Of a stretch of 64,000 bases of DNA, positions 29,881 to 39,052 are shown piece by piece (the stretch's first letter is position 1; the number at the start of each line of letters is the position of its first letter). Source of the DNA: Candidatus Aerophobetes bacterium Ae_b3a (GTDB taxonomy: Bacteria > Aerophobota > Aerophobia > Aerophobales > AE-B3A); assembly GCA_005223095.1 (NCBI GenBank), contig NJBQ01000001.1, positions 8,408 to 72,407 of the forward strand, read 5' to 3'. A program made the translations under genes and the position numbers. Under the pieces are notes generated by a model. It saw only the letters and a program-made list of their open reading frames with translations. It searched no databases and had not been told where the DNA came from.

Positions 29881-31233
29881 CTATACCTCTTCCACTTCAG
29901 GCAAAGATTTAAGCGCCTCCTCAATCTTTTCCTGGGGATAGGCATAATCTTCTAGTTTCCCTCTGAAATAAGTATCATAGGCGCCCAAATCAAAGTAACC
30001 GTGGCCAGAATGATTGAAGACAATTACCGTCCCTGGCTTGGCTTTCTTTGCTTCTTCGATTACCGCTTTGGTAGCATGGGCTGTTTCGGGTGCCGGCAGA
30101 AATCCTTCTGTCTGAGTGAATAGCAACGCCGCATCAAATACCTCTTTTTGATGATAAGCCTGGGCCTCTATTAGCCCCAATTTCAGTAGATGGCAGAGAA
30201 TGGGTGCATCGCCATGATATCTCAGACCTCCCGCATGAATTGGAGGAGGAACAAAAGAGTGTCCCAGAGTAAACATCTTCACCACCGGTCCCGTTCCAGC
30301 GGTATCCCCAAAATCATACCTATATGGGCCTCTAGTGAGGCTGGGACAGGCTGTAGGTTCTACAGCTATGAACCGTATGTTCTCGCCAGCAAGCTTTCTG
30401 GGAAGAAAAGGTAGGAAGAAGCCACTAAAGTTACTTCCTCCTCCTACACAGCCAATCATTATATCTGGCTTCTCTCCTACTTTATCCAGTTGTTTTTCCA
30501 CCTCTAAGCCTACTATGGTCTGATGGAGAAGAACGTGATTTACCACGCTTCCTATTGAGTATTTGGTGTCTTCATGAGTCGCTGCATCTTCTATTGCCTC
30601 GGATATGGCAATTCCCAGACTACCAAGGCAGTCTGGATCTTCTTTGCGGGTTTTCTTGCCGAATTCTGTGCGATTAGAGGGAGAGCGAAACATCTCTGCT
30701 CCCCAGCTTTGAGCTAAGAACCTTCTGTAAGGTTTTTGGTCGTAGCTTATCCCTACCATATAGATAGTGCATTCTAATCCGAACATCCTACATGCAAAAG
30801 CCAAAGCACTTCCCCATTGGCCGGCTCCGGTCTCGGTAGCTAATCTTTTAACCCCTTCTTTCTTGTTATAGTAGGCCTGGGCGACGGCTGTATTTGGTTT
30901 GTGGGAACCTGGCGGGGATAGGGATTCATCTTTATAATATATCTTAGCCGAGGTTCCTATTGCCTCCTCTAACCGATAGGCTCTACGCAGGGGAGTGGGA
31001 CGGTATTGAGTATAGACCTTCAATACTTCCTCAGGTATGTCAATACGGTGCTGGGGAGACATCTCCTGTTCAATACAAGCCATGGGGAAAATTGGCAAAA
31101 GGTCTTCCGGAACCAGAGGCTTTTTAGTGCCAGGGTGCAGTTCCGGGGGTAGGGACCCAGGCAAATCTGGTAAGACATTGTACCATGCTTTTGGTATTTC
31201 TCTTTCTTGTAGTAAGATTTTTTTCTCAGCCAT
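29881..31233 (-). CDS. trpB2: TrpB2-type tryptophan synthase beta-like protein (indole-salvaging paralog)
   Basis: 450 aa with the longer TrpB2-type N-terminus [25 protein letters not shown]. The PLP lysine context GSHKPNTA and GGGSNFSG. First gene of the trp cluster. Confidence 0.8.
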   Translation of the reverse strand: MAEKKILLQEREIPKAWYNVLPDLPGSLPPELHPGTKKPLVPEDLLPIFPMACIEQEMSPQHRIDIPEEVLKVYTQYRPTPLRRAYRLEEAIGTSAKIYYKDESLSPPGSHKPNTAVAQAYYNKKEGVKRLATETGAGQWGSALAFACRMFGLECTIYMVGISYDQKPYRRFLAQSWGAEMFRSPSNRTEFGKKTRKEDPDCLGSLGIAISEAIEDAATHEDTKYSIGSVVNHVLLHQTIVGLEVEKQLDKVGEKPDIMIGCVGGGSNFSGFFLPFLPRKLAGENIRFIAVEPTACPSLTRGPYRYDFGDTAGTGPVVKMFTLGHSFVPPPIHAGGLRYHGDAPILCHLLKLGLIEAQAYHQKEVFDAALLFTQTEGFLPAPETAHATKAVIEEAKKAKPGTVIVFNHSGHGYFDLGAYDTYFRGKLEDYAYPQEKIEEALKSLPEVEEV

Positions 31234-31429
31234 ACTCTTTCTCCTTTTCTTTGTTTTTTCTATGTTTTTTTGGAATTCTTAGCTTTCTTCTCTCCCCCCC
31301 CTTCCATTTTTATATCTTATGTTTTGATGCTCAATGCAATAAAAAAACTGCGCTCTAAGCCCAGTTTTCTTAAAAACAACCTCTAACCCAGGCTCGTCTC
31401 ATCTTATCTTGTCTATTCTAATCTGGAAA

Positions 31430-31654
31430 TTACTTGCCAGACTCTACTTTTCCATATTTTGAAAGGATTTCGGCTTTGCCTCTAATCTTTATGGCTGAAA
31501 TATGTTGGGTGAACTGAGAGATCCAAACCTCACCCTTATCTAGTTTTTCCGTATGGTGAACAACTGTTTCTTTGCCTCGCGTTAAGCCAATAATAGTAAC
31601 CCCATTCTCGCAGGCTTTGACTACAATAAGATCAGCTTTTTGTGATTCTTCCAT
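31430..31654 (-). CDS. small hypothetical protein (74 aa); beta-rich, very loosely CsrA/SpoVT-like in pattern
   Basis: ORF with G-rich SD-like upstream sequence. ENGVTIIGLTRGKETVVH alternates hydrophobic and polar residues. No confident family assignment. Confidence 0.3.
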   Translation of the reverse strand: MEESQKADLIVVKACENGVTIIGLTRGKETVVHHTEKLDKGEVWISQFTQHISAIKIRGKAEILSKYGKVESGK

Positions 31655-31806
31655 CTATTCCTCGTATCTCGTTTCCTCTTCCCCAGGGGAAGAGGATTAA
31701 AGTGAGGGGGAATCGAGCAATCAGTATCTAGAACTCAGACCCTTTTCTTTTTCTAAGGTGCGATTCACCATTCACCACTCACCATTCACGAACAACGGGT
31801 CTTAAG

Positions 31807-32202
31807 TTACCTCTTAGGAATCTGATGTCTTGCTCTGGCTCCGGTCAATCCCGGTTTCTTTCTTTCCTTCATCCGGGGGTCCCGGGTTAGGAAACCGGCT
31901 TTTCTCAGGATTCCTTTTAGCTCAGGATTTACCCTCAGAAGAATCCGAGAAAGTCCGAGCCTTATAGCTTCCGCCTGGCCAGTTAAGCCTCCTCCTTTGA
32001 CTTTTACCTCCACATCAAATCTGTCCAGAAAATCTACTTTCTCTAAGGGCTCCTTTATTATTTTGATATAAGTCTTGCGGGGAAAGTAATCATCAATAGT
32101 CCTTTTGTTAACCATCATATTACCCTTGCCCGCCTTCATCCTTACCTGCGCTGTTGCCGTTTTTCTTCTTCCTGTAGCAGCATAACCTTCCATTTTATTC
32201 AT
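31807..32202 (-). CDS. rpsI: 30S ribosomal protein S9
   Basis: GRRKTATAQVRMKAGKG...GGGLTGQAEAIRLGLSRIL...LTRDPRMKERKKPGLTGARARHQIPKR is the universal S9 pattern, with its basic C-terminal tail. Confidence 0.9.
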   Translation of the reverse strand: MNKMEGYAATGRRKTATAQVRMKAGKGNMMVNKRTIDDYFPRKTYIKIIKEPLEKVDFLDRFDVEVKVKGGGLTGQAEAIRLGLSRILLRVNPELKGILRKAGFLTRDPRMKERKKPGLTGARARHQIPKR

Positions 32203-32335
32203 CTCGCTCCTTGTTATGTTAAATTAGTATATGCTGATGTTACCAGAAAATTTAAACTCGTCAAGGATATTTTTGACATACTCAAACTTTTTCGCTAGTG
32301 TGGGAGTAGACTTCTAAAAATATTCTAATGAGGAG

Positions 32336-32542
32336 GTGAGAGAAATGAGACTATGGCTAGCATGGATCCTACTTATCCTGGGACTTGTTGTCCTTATCCC
32401 TACTTCCGTGGGAGGAGACAAGGTAAGTGCATTAGGATACGATGCTCTGTGTAGTTGGAGCCCCTATAGCTCCATCATTCTTTGGATTGGTGCGGGAATT
32501 AATTTCTGGCTGGCTGGCAAAAAGAAAAAGAAGGCGAAATAG
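32336..32542 (+). CDS. small predicted membrane protein (68 aa)
   Basis: GAGGAGGTGAG RBS. Two hydrophobic helices (LWLAWILLILGLVVLI, IILWIGAGINFWLAG) and a lysine-rich tail. Confidence 0.3.
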   Translation: MREMRLWLAWILLILGLVVLIPTSVGGDKVSALGYDALCSWSPYSSIILWIGAGINFWLAGKKKKKAK

Positions 32543-32681
32543 AACTGGATTTACCTGTGCCTTTCAAGGTTTTGTGCGGAAGTAATCAATTCTTTTGTGA
32601 TTAATTAGCTTCTACTGCTTCCGGCTGAAATCCAGGATTTCAGTTATCGTCTCTAATGGTGAAGAATTCAAAAGACTGGTT

Positions 32682-33665
32682 CTAATCTATCGGAGTAGTT
32701 TCTGGAATGAGGTACTTGAAGAACTTTGACTCCAGGGGCACTACAATGAGCGTCTTCTGGGTAAGAGTTTCTCGGTAAGTTTCTAAAGTTTTCAAAAAAT
32801 TGAAGAAGTCAGGGTCTTGCTCATAAGCTTGAGCATAGGTGGCGGTAGCTCTGGCATCTGCCTGTCCTTTTATCTCCTGGGCTTTTCGGTAAGCTTCTGA
32901 CCTTATCTGGGCCAGTTCCTTTTCCATCTCTCCTAAGATTTTAGCTCTCTCACCTTCTCCTTCCGACAAATACCTATTTGATATCCGATTCCTCTCAGCC
33001 TTCATTCTGGAAAAAACAGCATCAGTATTAGCTTTAGGAAGATCAGCCCTGGTGATTCTCACATCTATGATCTCTATTCCATATTGCCTGGTAACAGTAT
33101 CACTCTTTTTGGTGACATCTCTCATAATTTTCTCTCTGCCCGCCTCTATCTTTTCTATCTCTTCTCTTTCTCTTTTTCTCTCTTCTTCCCAGGTTACCTC
33201 GGTAGAGATGATTTCTCTATCAGATGTTCTTATGATTTCCATCATGTTATACTTACCCACCTCTTCCCTGAGCACAGAATAGATAATATCATCAAGTCGC
33301 GCGTAAGCTCCCACCTCGTTTCTGACCGTCTTCAGAAAGAGAAGGGGATCAACTATTCTCCATCGGGCATAGTTGTCAAGGAATATATACTTTTTGTCCT
33401 CAGTAACACATCTTCTGGCAGCAGCATCGTATTCCAGCAGTCGATCCTCAAATCTATTTACCTTCTGGACAAAGGGCTTTTTTATGTAAAGACCTGGTTT
33501 TTTAACTGTTTTTATGGGCCTTCCCAGCTCGGTAATGACTACCTGATTTATTTCATTGACAGTATAAACAGTGGAATTAAGCGTTAAAAGGCCTATTACT
33601 ACAATGATAATTTCCAGCAGCAGGTAATTACTTATTTTGGGAATGATATTTTTTTTAGTAGCCAT
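32682..33665 (-). CDS. hflC: HflC-like SPFH/band-7 membrane protease modulator
   Basis: N-terminal TM, an SPFH domain, and a C-terminal coiled coil rich in E/R/K. Immediately downstream of an HflK-like gene. Confidence 0.7.
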   Translation of the reverse strand: MATKKNIIPKISNYLLLEIIIVVIGLLTLNSTVYTVNEINQVVITELGRPIKTVKKPGLYIKKPFVQKVNRFEDRLLEYDAAARRCVTEDKKYIFLDNYARWRIVDPLLFLKTVRNEVGAYARLDDIIYSVLREEVGKYNMMEIIRTSDREIISTEVTWEEERKREREEIEKIEAGREKIMRDVTKKSDTVTRQYGIEIIDVRITRADLPKANTDAVFSRMKAERNRISNRYLSEGEGERAKILGEMEKELAQIRSEAYRKAQEIKGQADARATATYAQAYEQDPDFFNFLKTLETYRETLTQKTLIVVPLESKFFKYLIPETTPID

Positions 33666-33668
33666 ATC

Positions 33669-34607
33669 TTATCTCTTAGATGATTCCTCTAAACCTTTGT
33701 CTCTCAGATTCAAGAACTTCAAAAATCCTTCCTCAGCCTCTGAGATAACGATTTTTTCAATTTCTGGCAAAATGTTTCGCATTGTCTCTAGATAAAGCCT
33801 ATCTTTGGTTACCTGTTTTGCTTTTTTATATTCCTTTAGTCTTTGCAAGAATCTATTGGCGTCACCTTGAGCATGTTTTGTTCTTTCTACCGCGTATGCT
33901 TCTGCTTGTCTTATTGTTTTTTCTGCCTCACCCCTGGCTTTGGGGATTTCCTGATTATATTTTCCCAAAGCTTCATTGATAAACCGCTCTCTATCTTCTT
34001 TGGCACTGGCAACCCTTTCAAATGCCTCTTTTACCTCGCCGGGAGCATGAACATCTTGCAGTTTTACTGTAACTACATAAATACCACTTTTATATAGGTC
34101 CAGAATTTCCTGCAGTTTATTCGCTGTTACCTCCTGAATTTCTTCTCGTCCCACGGTTAAGGCTTCATCCACACCTCTATCTCCGATGGTTTGTCTCATG
34201 GCCGCCTCGGCAGCATTCTTTATGGTTTTTTTGACGTTTCTAACATTGAAAAGATAATCTCTGGCATCCTTGATTCTATATTGAACAATAAACCAGAGGT
34301 CAACTATGTTTATATCTCCTGTCAGCATTAAAGCTTCTTCTTCAATAGATTCATAAACGGCAGGGGGACCTGTGCTTATAGTTCTATAGCCAATTTCCAT
34401 CTTTTGAACCTTGGCTACTTGGGGCTTGTCTATTCTCTCCACCGGCCAGGGTATATGGTAATATATCCCCGGGCCTCTAGAAGCATAATATCTTCCCCAA
34501 CGTCGGACTATCCCTTCTTGTTCCGGGTGGACAATATAAATACCTGAGAGAACCCACAGGACTATAACAACTATGACTATTACCAATCCTATTCTTTTAC
34601 GATTCAT
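33669..34607 (-). CDS. hflK: HflK-like SPFH/band-7 protein
   Basis: MNRKRIGLVIVIVVIVLWVLSGIYIVHPEQEGIVRRWGRY is the typical HflK start. SPFH core and a coiled-coil tail. Confidence 0.7.
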   Translation of the reverse strand: MNRKRIGLVIVIVVIVLWVLSGIYIVHPEQEGIVRRWGRYYASRGPGIYYHIPWPVERIDKPQVAKVQKMEIGYRTISTGPPAVYESIEEEALMLTGDINIVDLWFIVQYRIKDARDYLFNVRNVKKTIKNAAEAAMRQTIGDRGVDEALTVGREEIQEVTANKLQEILDLYKSGIYVVTVKLQDVHAPGEVKEAFERVASAKEDRERFINEALGKYNQEIPKARGEAEKTIRQAEAYAVERTKHAQGDANRFLQRLKEYKKAKQVTKDRLYLETMRNILPEIEKIVISEAEEGFLKFLNLRDKGLEESSKR

Positions 34608-34664
34608 ACTTTCCCCTCACCCTTCCCTCTCCCCAGAGAGGAGAGGGCATACGATATACGAGTA

Positions 34665-36632
34665 TCATTTCATTATACCATAAGTGGTGAATATTCTCAA
34701 GACCTCGTTGGGTAATTCAGCTAAGCGGTCCCTTTTTATAATAACATAATCATCTATGAGAAATTTGGCACATTCTTCGTGCTCGGCTCCAATAACAAAC
34801 AGAAAAGGAAGAATTCCATCTTCTTGCAAGCTCTTGAAGCTCTCTCTTACATCCTGGGGAGTATCTGGCTCTCCATCAGTAATGATACAAAACCCCTTGG
34901 GCATGCCTTCAACCTCCCTCAGATTATCAGAAATGTATTTTATAGCATTGACCATCAAGGTACCTCCGTAAGGAGATAGGGACATTATTCTTCCTCTGTT
35001 TTCTTCACCATAATTTTCTTTAAAGTCTTTTATTGTATAGACTGTATCCTTATAATTCATTATTTCTCTGAATAAGATTCCCCCCGAATGGAAAGCAAAA
35101 ATGCCGAAAGGATAACCAGAATAGTTCAATGCCTCACCCTGTATCAATAAAGCATCCTTAATATAATCAATTATTCTATATCCAAATCCAAAAGCAGTAG
35201 AAGAACTTATATCTGCTAAAATAGCCCAGGCTGCCTTTTTTTTAATTCTGGCTCTCTTGCGGAACATCTTTTTATTTGGTCTTACCCCGGTAGCCTCATA
35301 TTCTAATTCTGCCTGGACGTATTCTCCTATGTTAATTTCCTCGCCGGCTCTAGCTTTCTTTTTTCCTCTATATCTTTCCTCTAATCTTTTAAAATAGCTC
35401 TCAATGGCTCTAATTTCTCCATTATATTTTTCTATTGTCTTATGAGCTTTCTCAATGTCGCTGCGGGAGCCCTGGGGTATGGCTATATTCACCCCTGGAC
35501 TTGGCTTGGGTACTATCTTTCTAAAATAACCACTGCCTATCCAATAGCTGAGCTTATCTTTTTCTGAAGCGGAGTCTATTTTCTGTTTCTCTTTCTCTTT
35601 CTGTCTTTTTCCCCTTCTATCTTGCTTTTCGCTCTCTTTTTCTTTCTTAAATCGAGGTTCTCTCTCTTTGTGTTCGCCTGGAATTGATTCCTCTGGCTGA
35701 TTTTTTTTTGCTTTTTTCTTTGGACTTATCTTTTTTTGCTGCTCTTTTTTGGCTGATGAAGCTTTTCTTTCTTTTCTATCCTGAACTGAAGGGTGCTTTT
35801 TACCCTCTTCCCTCCCTTCCCTTGGTTTTACAGAACCCTTATATTTCTTGGGAAGACCTGGACTCATCCTACTATGGCCCCTGCCAGCAAAGGGAGGAAG
35901 TTGTCTCATAGGCTGCTTGATATCAAAATTTTCCTTGAATTTGACATATATTTTTTCTGTTGCTTCTAAAGAGACATGAATATCCTTATTTTCTGCACTT
36001 CGCGCTATACTTACACATTCATTTAAGAGATTATTGTACTGAGGAGGAACCTCATCAATAGTCTCATCAAGCAAAGTCTTTTGCAGAAAAAATTCCCTGA
36101 AAGCACTTAACCCCTTTTTCTTTTTCATTAAGTATTTGGGACTGGGTCTTCTATTAAGATAGATACGTTTTTCTTTCTCCTTAGAAAAACGCGCCAGTCC
36201 AGGTAGCTCTCCCCTGGCTTTACGGTCTATTCTATTATCTTCCACTATATTAAAGATTTCATGGGCCAGGGTAGGATTCTCCTTAAATTTTTCCCTTAAG
36301 AAAAAGTCCTCCAGGAATCGATTTATCGATTTAGGGTCGTATTCTTTATCAGGATGGAACTCTTGATTTAGTTTGATAAATTCCTTTATATGGTCTGATT
36401 CGTGCCTTACGGCACTGGCAATCATAATTTCATTATCAGGATCAGTAAGAGCAAGCTTAAACTGAGTGGGTAGGTGTATCTTTTCTCCGTCAGTATAAAT
36501 AGCCGGACCAGAAATGAGAGGGAGAAAGGTTTTCTTATCAAAAACGAGCCGGTGTCTTTCACTAGCTCCATCCTCTATTCTAAAGTCTATAACCCTTTTT
36601 AACTCTGGTTCTATCTTTTGGCAGAGAGCCAT
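34665..36632 (-). CDS. large protein with a C-terminal von Willebrand factor A domain (CbbO/NorD-like partner of a MoxR-type ATPase); N-terminal region carries an HExxH motif; central K/E-rich low-complexity linker
   Basis: C-terminal vWA with MIDAS-like ILADISSST (DxSxS) and CIITDGEPD. N-terminal SAVRHESDHIKEF (HExxH). Residues ~260-340 are lysine/glutamate repeats (KKEQQKKISPKKKAKKNQPEE...). Confidence 0.6.
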   Translation of the reverse strand: MALCQKIEPELKRVIDFRIEDGASERHRLVFDKKTFLPLISGPAIYTDGEKIHLPTQFKLALTDPDNEIMIASAVRHESDHIKEFIKLNQEFHPDKEYDPKSINRFLEDFFLREKFKENPTLAHEIFNIVEDNRIDRKARGELPGLARFSKEKEKRIYLNRRPSPKYLMKKKKGLSAFREFFLQKTLLDETIDEVPPQYNNLLNECVSIARSAENKDIHVSLEATEKIYVKFKENFDIKQPMRQLPPFAGRGHSRMSPGLPKKYKGSVKPREGREEGKKHPSVQDRKERKASSAKKEQQKKISPKKKAKKNQPEESIPGEHKEREPRFKKEKESEKQDRRGKRQKEKEKQKIDSASEKDKLSYWIGSGYFRKIVPKPSPGVNIAIPQGSRSDIEKAHKTIEKYNGEIRAIESYFKRLEERYRGKKKARAGEEINIGEYVQAELEYEATGVRPNKKMFRKRARIKKKAAWAILADISSSTAFGFGYRIIDYIKDALLIQGEALNYSGYPFGIFAFHSGGILFREIMNYKDTVYTIKDFKENYGEENRGRIMSLSPYGGTLMVNAIKYISDNLREVEGMPKGFCIITDGEPDTPQDVRESFKSLQEDGILPFLFVIGAEHEECAKFLIDDYVIIKRDRLAELPNEVLRIFTTYGIMK

Positions 36633-36641
36633 CTTAAATCC

Positions 36642-38081
36642 TCAACCTTTTATTCTCTTATTAACCCTTTCCATCAATTTCTTGTATAATGTCTGGTCAC
36701 TTTCATAGGTTGACTTGGGATTAAGCATATACACCTCTATCAGCTTTCTTAGCGACTGTTTGCTGGCTAAAGATGCCTGGCAAACCTCCACCGCTCCCCT
36801 TAAACCCATATCTTTCTTGTAGCTGGCCAGAATATTTCTGAAATCAAAAATAAGTTCGGTGATGAGAGTAGCCATTTTCTCATCCAGTCCCGCTGCTCTT
36901 GACATAAGTATATCAATGGTACCCTCTTTGTCAGGATAAATCAATTTAATCTGAGCCCATCTTTCTAAGAAGGCATCACTCAGTTCAATAGGTGTATATC
37001 TGGAATCCAGATTACCCGAGGAAATCATTTTGAAATTGTCTGCTCCTTCAATAACCTCAAAACCATATTGAGACTGAATAGTTAGCTTTTTATCGTCCAG
37101 GACACCGTGTAGGCCATAGAGGACGCCTGGATCCACCGGACCTATTTCCTCAAAATAGAAGATACCATTATGAACCATAGCCAGACTCAAAGCGCCGGGT
37201 GCCTTTATAGGTTTAGGGTCGGCCGGAACCCAGGAGCCTATTATATCATCCATGCTCGTTTCTCTATTGCCTGTGGGAGCCATATAAAAAGGTATATTAT
37301 TTATATGAGCATACCATTTAATCATAGTGCTCTTGCCACATCCAGTAGGACCATTTAGTAAAATAGGTTTTCCCTTGTCCGCCAGTTCACAAAATGTCTC
37401 CCATTCACCTTGTTGATCTATATACTCTATAGCTTCCTTCACTCTATTCACAGGATAGTGCGAAAGAATAAAATTACTATATTTTCCTTCTTCTATATCC
37501 TCTACCCCTTCTAAGGATTCGATAGATTTAGTTTTTTTATTCTTTAGAACATCTAATAATTTATCCAGAACAACCAAAGAAAGAAAGTCAGTATGAGCAA
37601 ACTCTGGCTCAAGTTCCAGAAGGCCTCTGATTTTCTTTTTCCGGCGGAAAAGATAATAATTTCCTATCACTATATTTCTTTTTATATCATATCCCTTAAA
37701 AAAACCATTCTTTTCTAGCCTTTCTCTGCGTCTTTTACCCAGGTCATTCTTATTAATGGTGATTATTTCATAGTTGTTAGAAGGAGATTTAAGAATAGCT
37801 CTCTTTTTATCTTTAAAGGAGAGAAGTGTGGTTTTATTTTGGCTGATGGTTCTTAAGTGGTAATCTTCTAAAGGATAATTTTCTGCTATCCAGGCTCCTA
37901 ATTTACCTATCCTTTTGCGAGTTGTCCCTTCAATCAAACTTATATTGTAATAGACAGGAAGATAGATTTCTCTTTGCAGGGGAACAAAATCTACTTTTAT
38001 TATCTTCCCGGGTATAACAGGCGTGAGCAAAGCACTTTCCTGCTCTTTATCTTTCTTGAATTCCACTATGTATCTGTTCAT
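36642..38081 (-). CDS. AAA+ ATPase of the MoxR/CbbQ/GvpN (AAA_5-like) type with a ~225-aa N-terminal extension
   Basis: Walker A LLNGPTGCGKST, Walker B-like GIFYFEEIG, then an arginine-rich sensor region. The extension begins MNRYIVEF.... Overlaps the upstream gene by 4 nt. Confidence 0.65.
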   Translation of the reverse strand: MNRYIVEFKKDKEQESALLTPVIPGKIIKVDFVPLQREIYLPVYYNISLIEGTTRKRIGKLGAWIAENYPLEDYHLRTISQNKTTLLSFKDKKRAILKSPSNNYEIITINKNDLGKRRRERLEKNGFFKGYDIKRNIVIGNYYLFRRKKKIRGLLELEPEFAHTDFLSLVVLDKLLDVLKNKKTKSIESLEGVEDIEEGKYSNFILSHYPVNRVKEAIEYIDQQGEWETFCELADKGKPILLNGPTGCGKSTMIKWYAHINNIPFYMAPTGNRETSMDDIIGSWVPADPKPIKAPGALSLAMVHNGIFYFEEIGPVDPGVLYGLHGVLDDKKLTIQSQYGFEVIEGADNFKMISSGNLDSRYTPIELSDAFLERWAQIKLIYPDKEGTIDILMSRAAGLDEKMATLITELIFDFRNILASYKKDMGLRGAVEVCQASLASKQSLRKLIEVYMLNPKSTYESDQTLYKKLMERVNKRIKG

Positions 38082-39052
38082 TTATCTTTCTCTTCTTTAT
38101 CCTCTTTTCCCCAGATTCTATCGAAGTCCGCCTCTTCTCCTGTTTTCTGTGGTTCTTCTATCTCCATACGCCATATATCCATATCTTCTTCTTTGGGCTC
38201 TGTTCCATTAATAATATAATTAGAAAAGGCAAATGAGTTCTGGTAGGTTCCTCTGTATCCAATAATAATGGCCTTAAGATTCTCAGATTTTTCAAAGGAT
38301 TGAGCTATTGGCTCCCACTCTCTGGATAGTCTTTTTTCTTCTTGCAGGAGGCGTTGGCTTAAATAAGATTTTCTTTCTACCTTGGGTGTCTTATTAAATT
38401 CTTCCTCTATCTTTTTCAGCTTGATACTCTTCTTTTTAAAGTAAGCTAACAATCCTTTATCCAGGGATAGATATTTACGGAAAAAGCGTCTTTCGGCAGG
38501 ATAAGCACCTATCTGAAAGAAAGGAGAGGTAAATTTACCTAGGTCAGCTAGCCAGGGAACTATCACTCCACAAATAACATCGCCAAAAACGAAATAGAAC
38601 CCCCCCAGCACCGCAGTGATTTTAGGAGTGGAGTAAGTACTGGCGATAACTGCCCATCCAATTATTTCTGTTAAGATACCATATTTCATAGCTCGCTCAA
38701 TAGCATACTTTCTTAATTTTTGTACTTCTTCTTGTTGAACAGGATTAATTTTTATTCTACCACCTCTAAATTCCTTTTCAAAACCATTGGTCAAATATCG
38801 GATGAAGTCTTCCTTTCTATTTCTGATGTTTATTTCAAGAAGATATTTTATCCTTTCAGTCAGAACTTTAAAGTGTTGGTAGCTTCTTTCCCTATCCTGG
38901 TATTCAATCAGTACTATAGCATTACAATCACTGTCATTTCCATAGATTCTTGATTGAAGCTCGAGCTGATTTCTTACTTCGAAGAATCTGCCATCCAGAT
39001 ATACTCCAATCCCTTTACCTAACTCATCATCAAGCTCTTTTATTCTCATCAC
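38078..39052 (-). CDS. hypothetical membrane protein (two central TM helices), part of the AAA+/vWA operon
   Basis: 324 aa. Hydrophobic pair GILTEIIGWAVIASTYSTPKITAVLGGFYFVFGDVICGVIVPWLADL. Acidic C-terminus. 4-nt overlaps on both sides. Confidence 0.4.
   Translation of the reverse strand: MMRIKELDDELGKGIGVYLDGRFFEVRNQLELQSRIYGNDSDCNAIVLIEYQDRERSYQHFKVLTERIKYLLEINIRNRKEDFIRYLTNGFEKEFRGGRIKINPVQQEEVQKLRKYAIERAMKYGILTEIIGWAVIASTYSTPKITAVLGGFYFVFGDVICGVIVPWLADLGKFTSPFFQIGAYPAERRFFRKYLSLDKGLLAYFKKKSIKLKKIEEEFNKTPKVERKSYLSQRLLQEEKRLSREWEPIAQSFEKSENLKAIIIGYRGTYQNSFAFSNYIINGTEPKEEDMDIWRMEIEEPQKTGEEADFDRIWGKEDKEEKDK

Noticed and set aside
31234-31429. Trp leader peptide or attenuator upstream of trpB2
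   Set aside because: No short ORF with tandem Trp codons was found. The only hairpin-plus-T-tract candidate (AAAACTG...CAGTTTTTTT) has a weak AT-rich stem. This is left as unresolved rather than called.
31430-31654. Assignment of the 74-aa protein as CsrA or SpoVG
   Set aside because: Only a loose hydrophobic-pattern resemblance. It lacks the CsrA GxxxRE or SpoVG signature blocks, so it is kept as hypothetical.
25590-34648. GC palindromes considered as a CRISPR-like array
   Set aside because: The repeats are palindromic and irregularly spaced (0.9 to 3 kb apart), each in a separate intergenic gap. No uniform repeat-spacer periodicity or cas genes are present.
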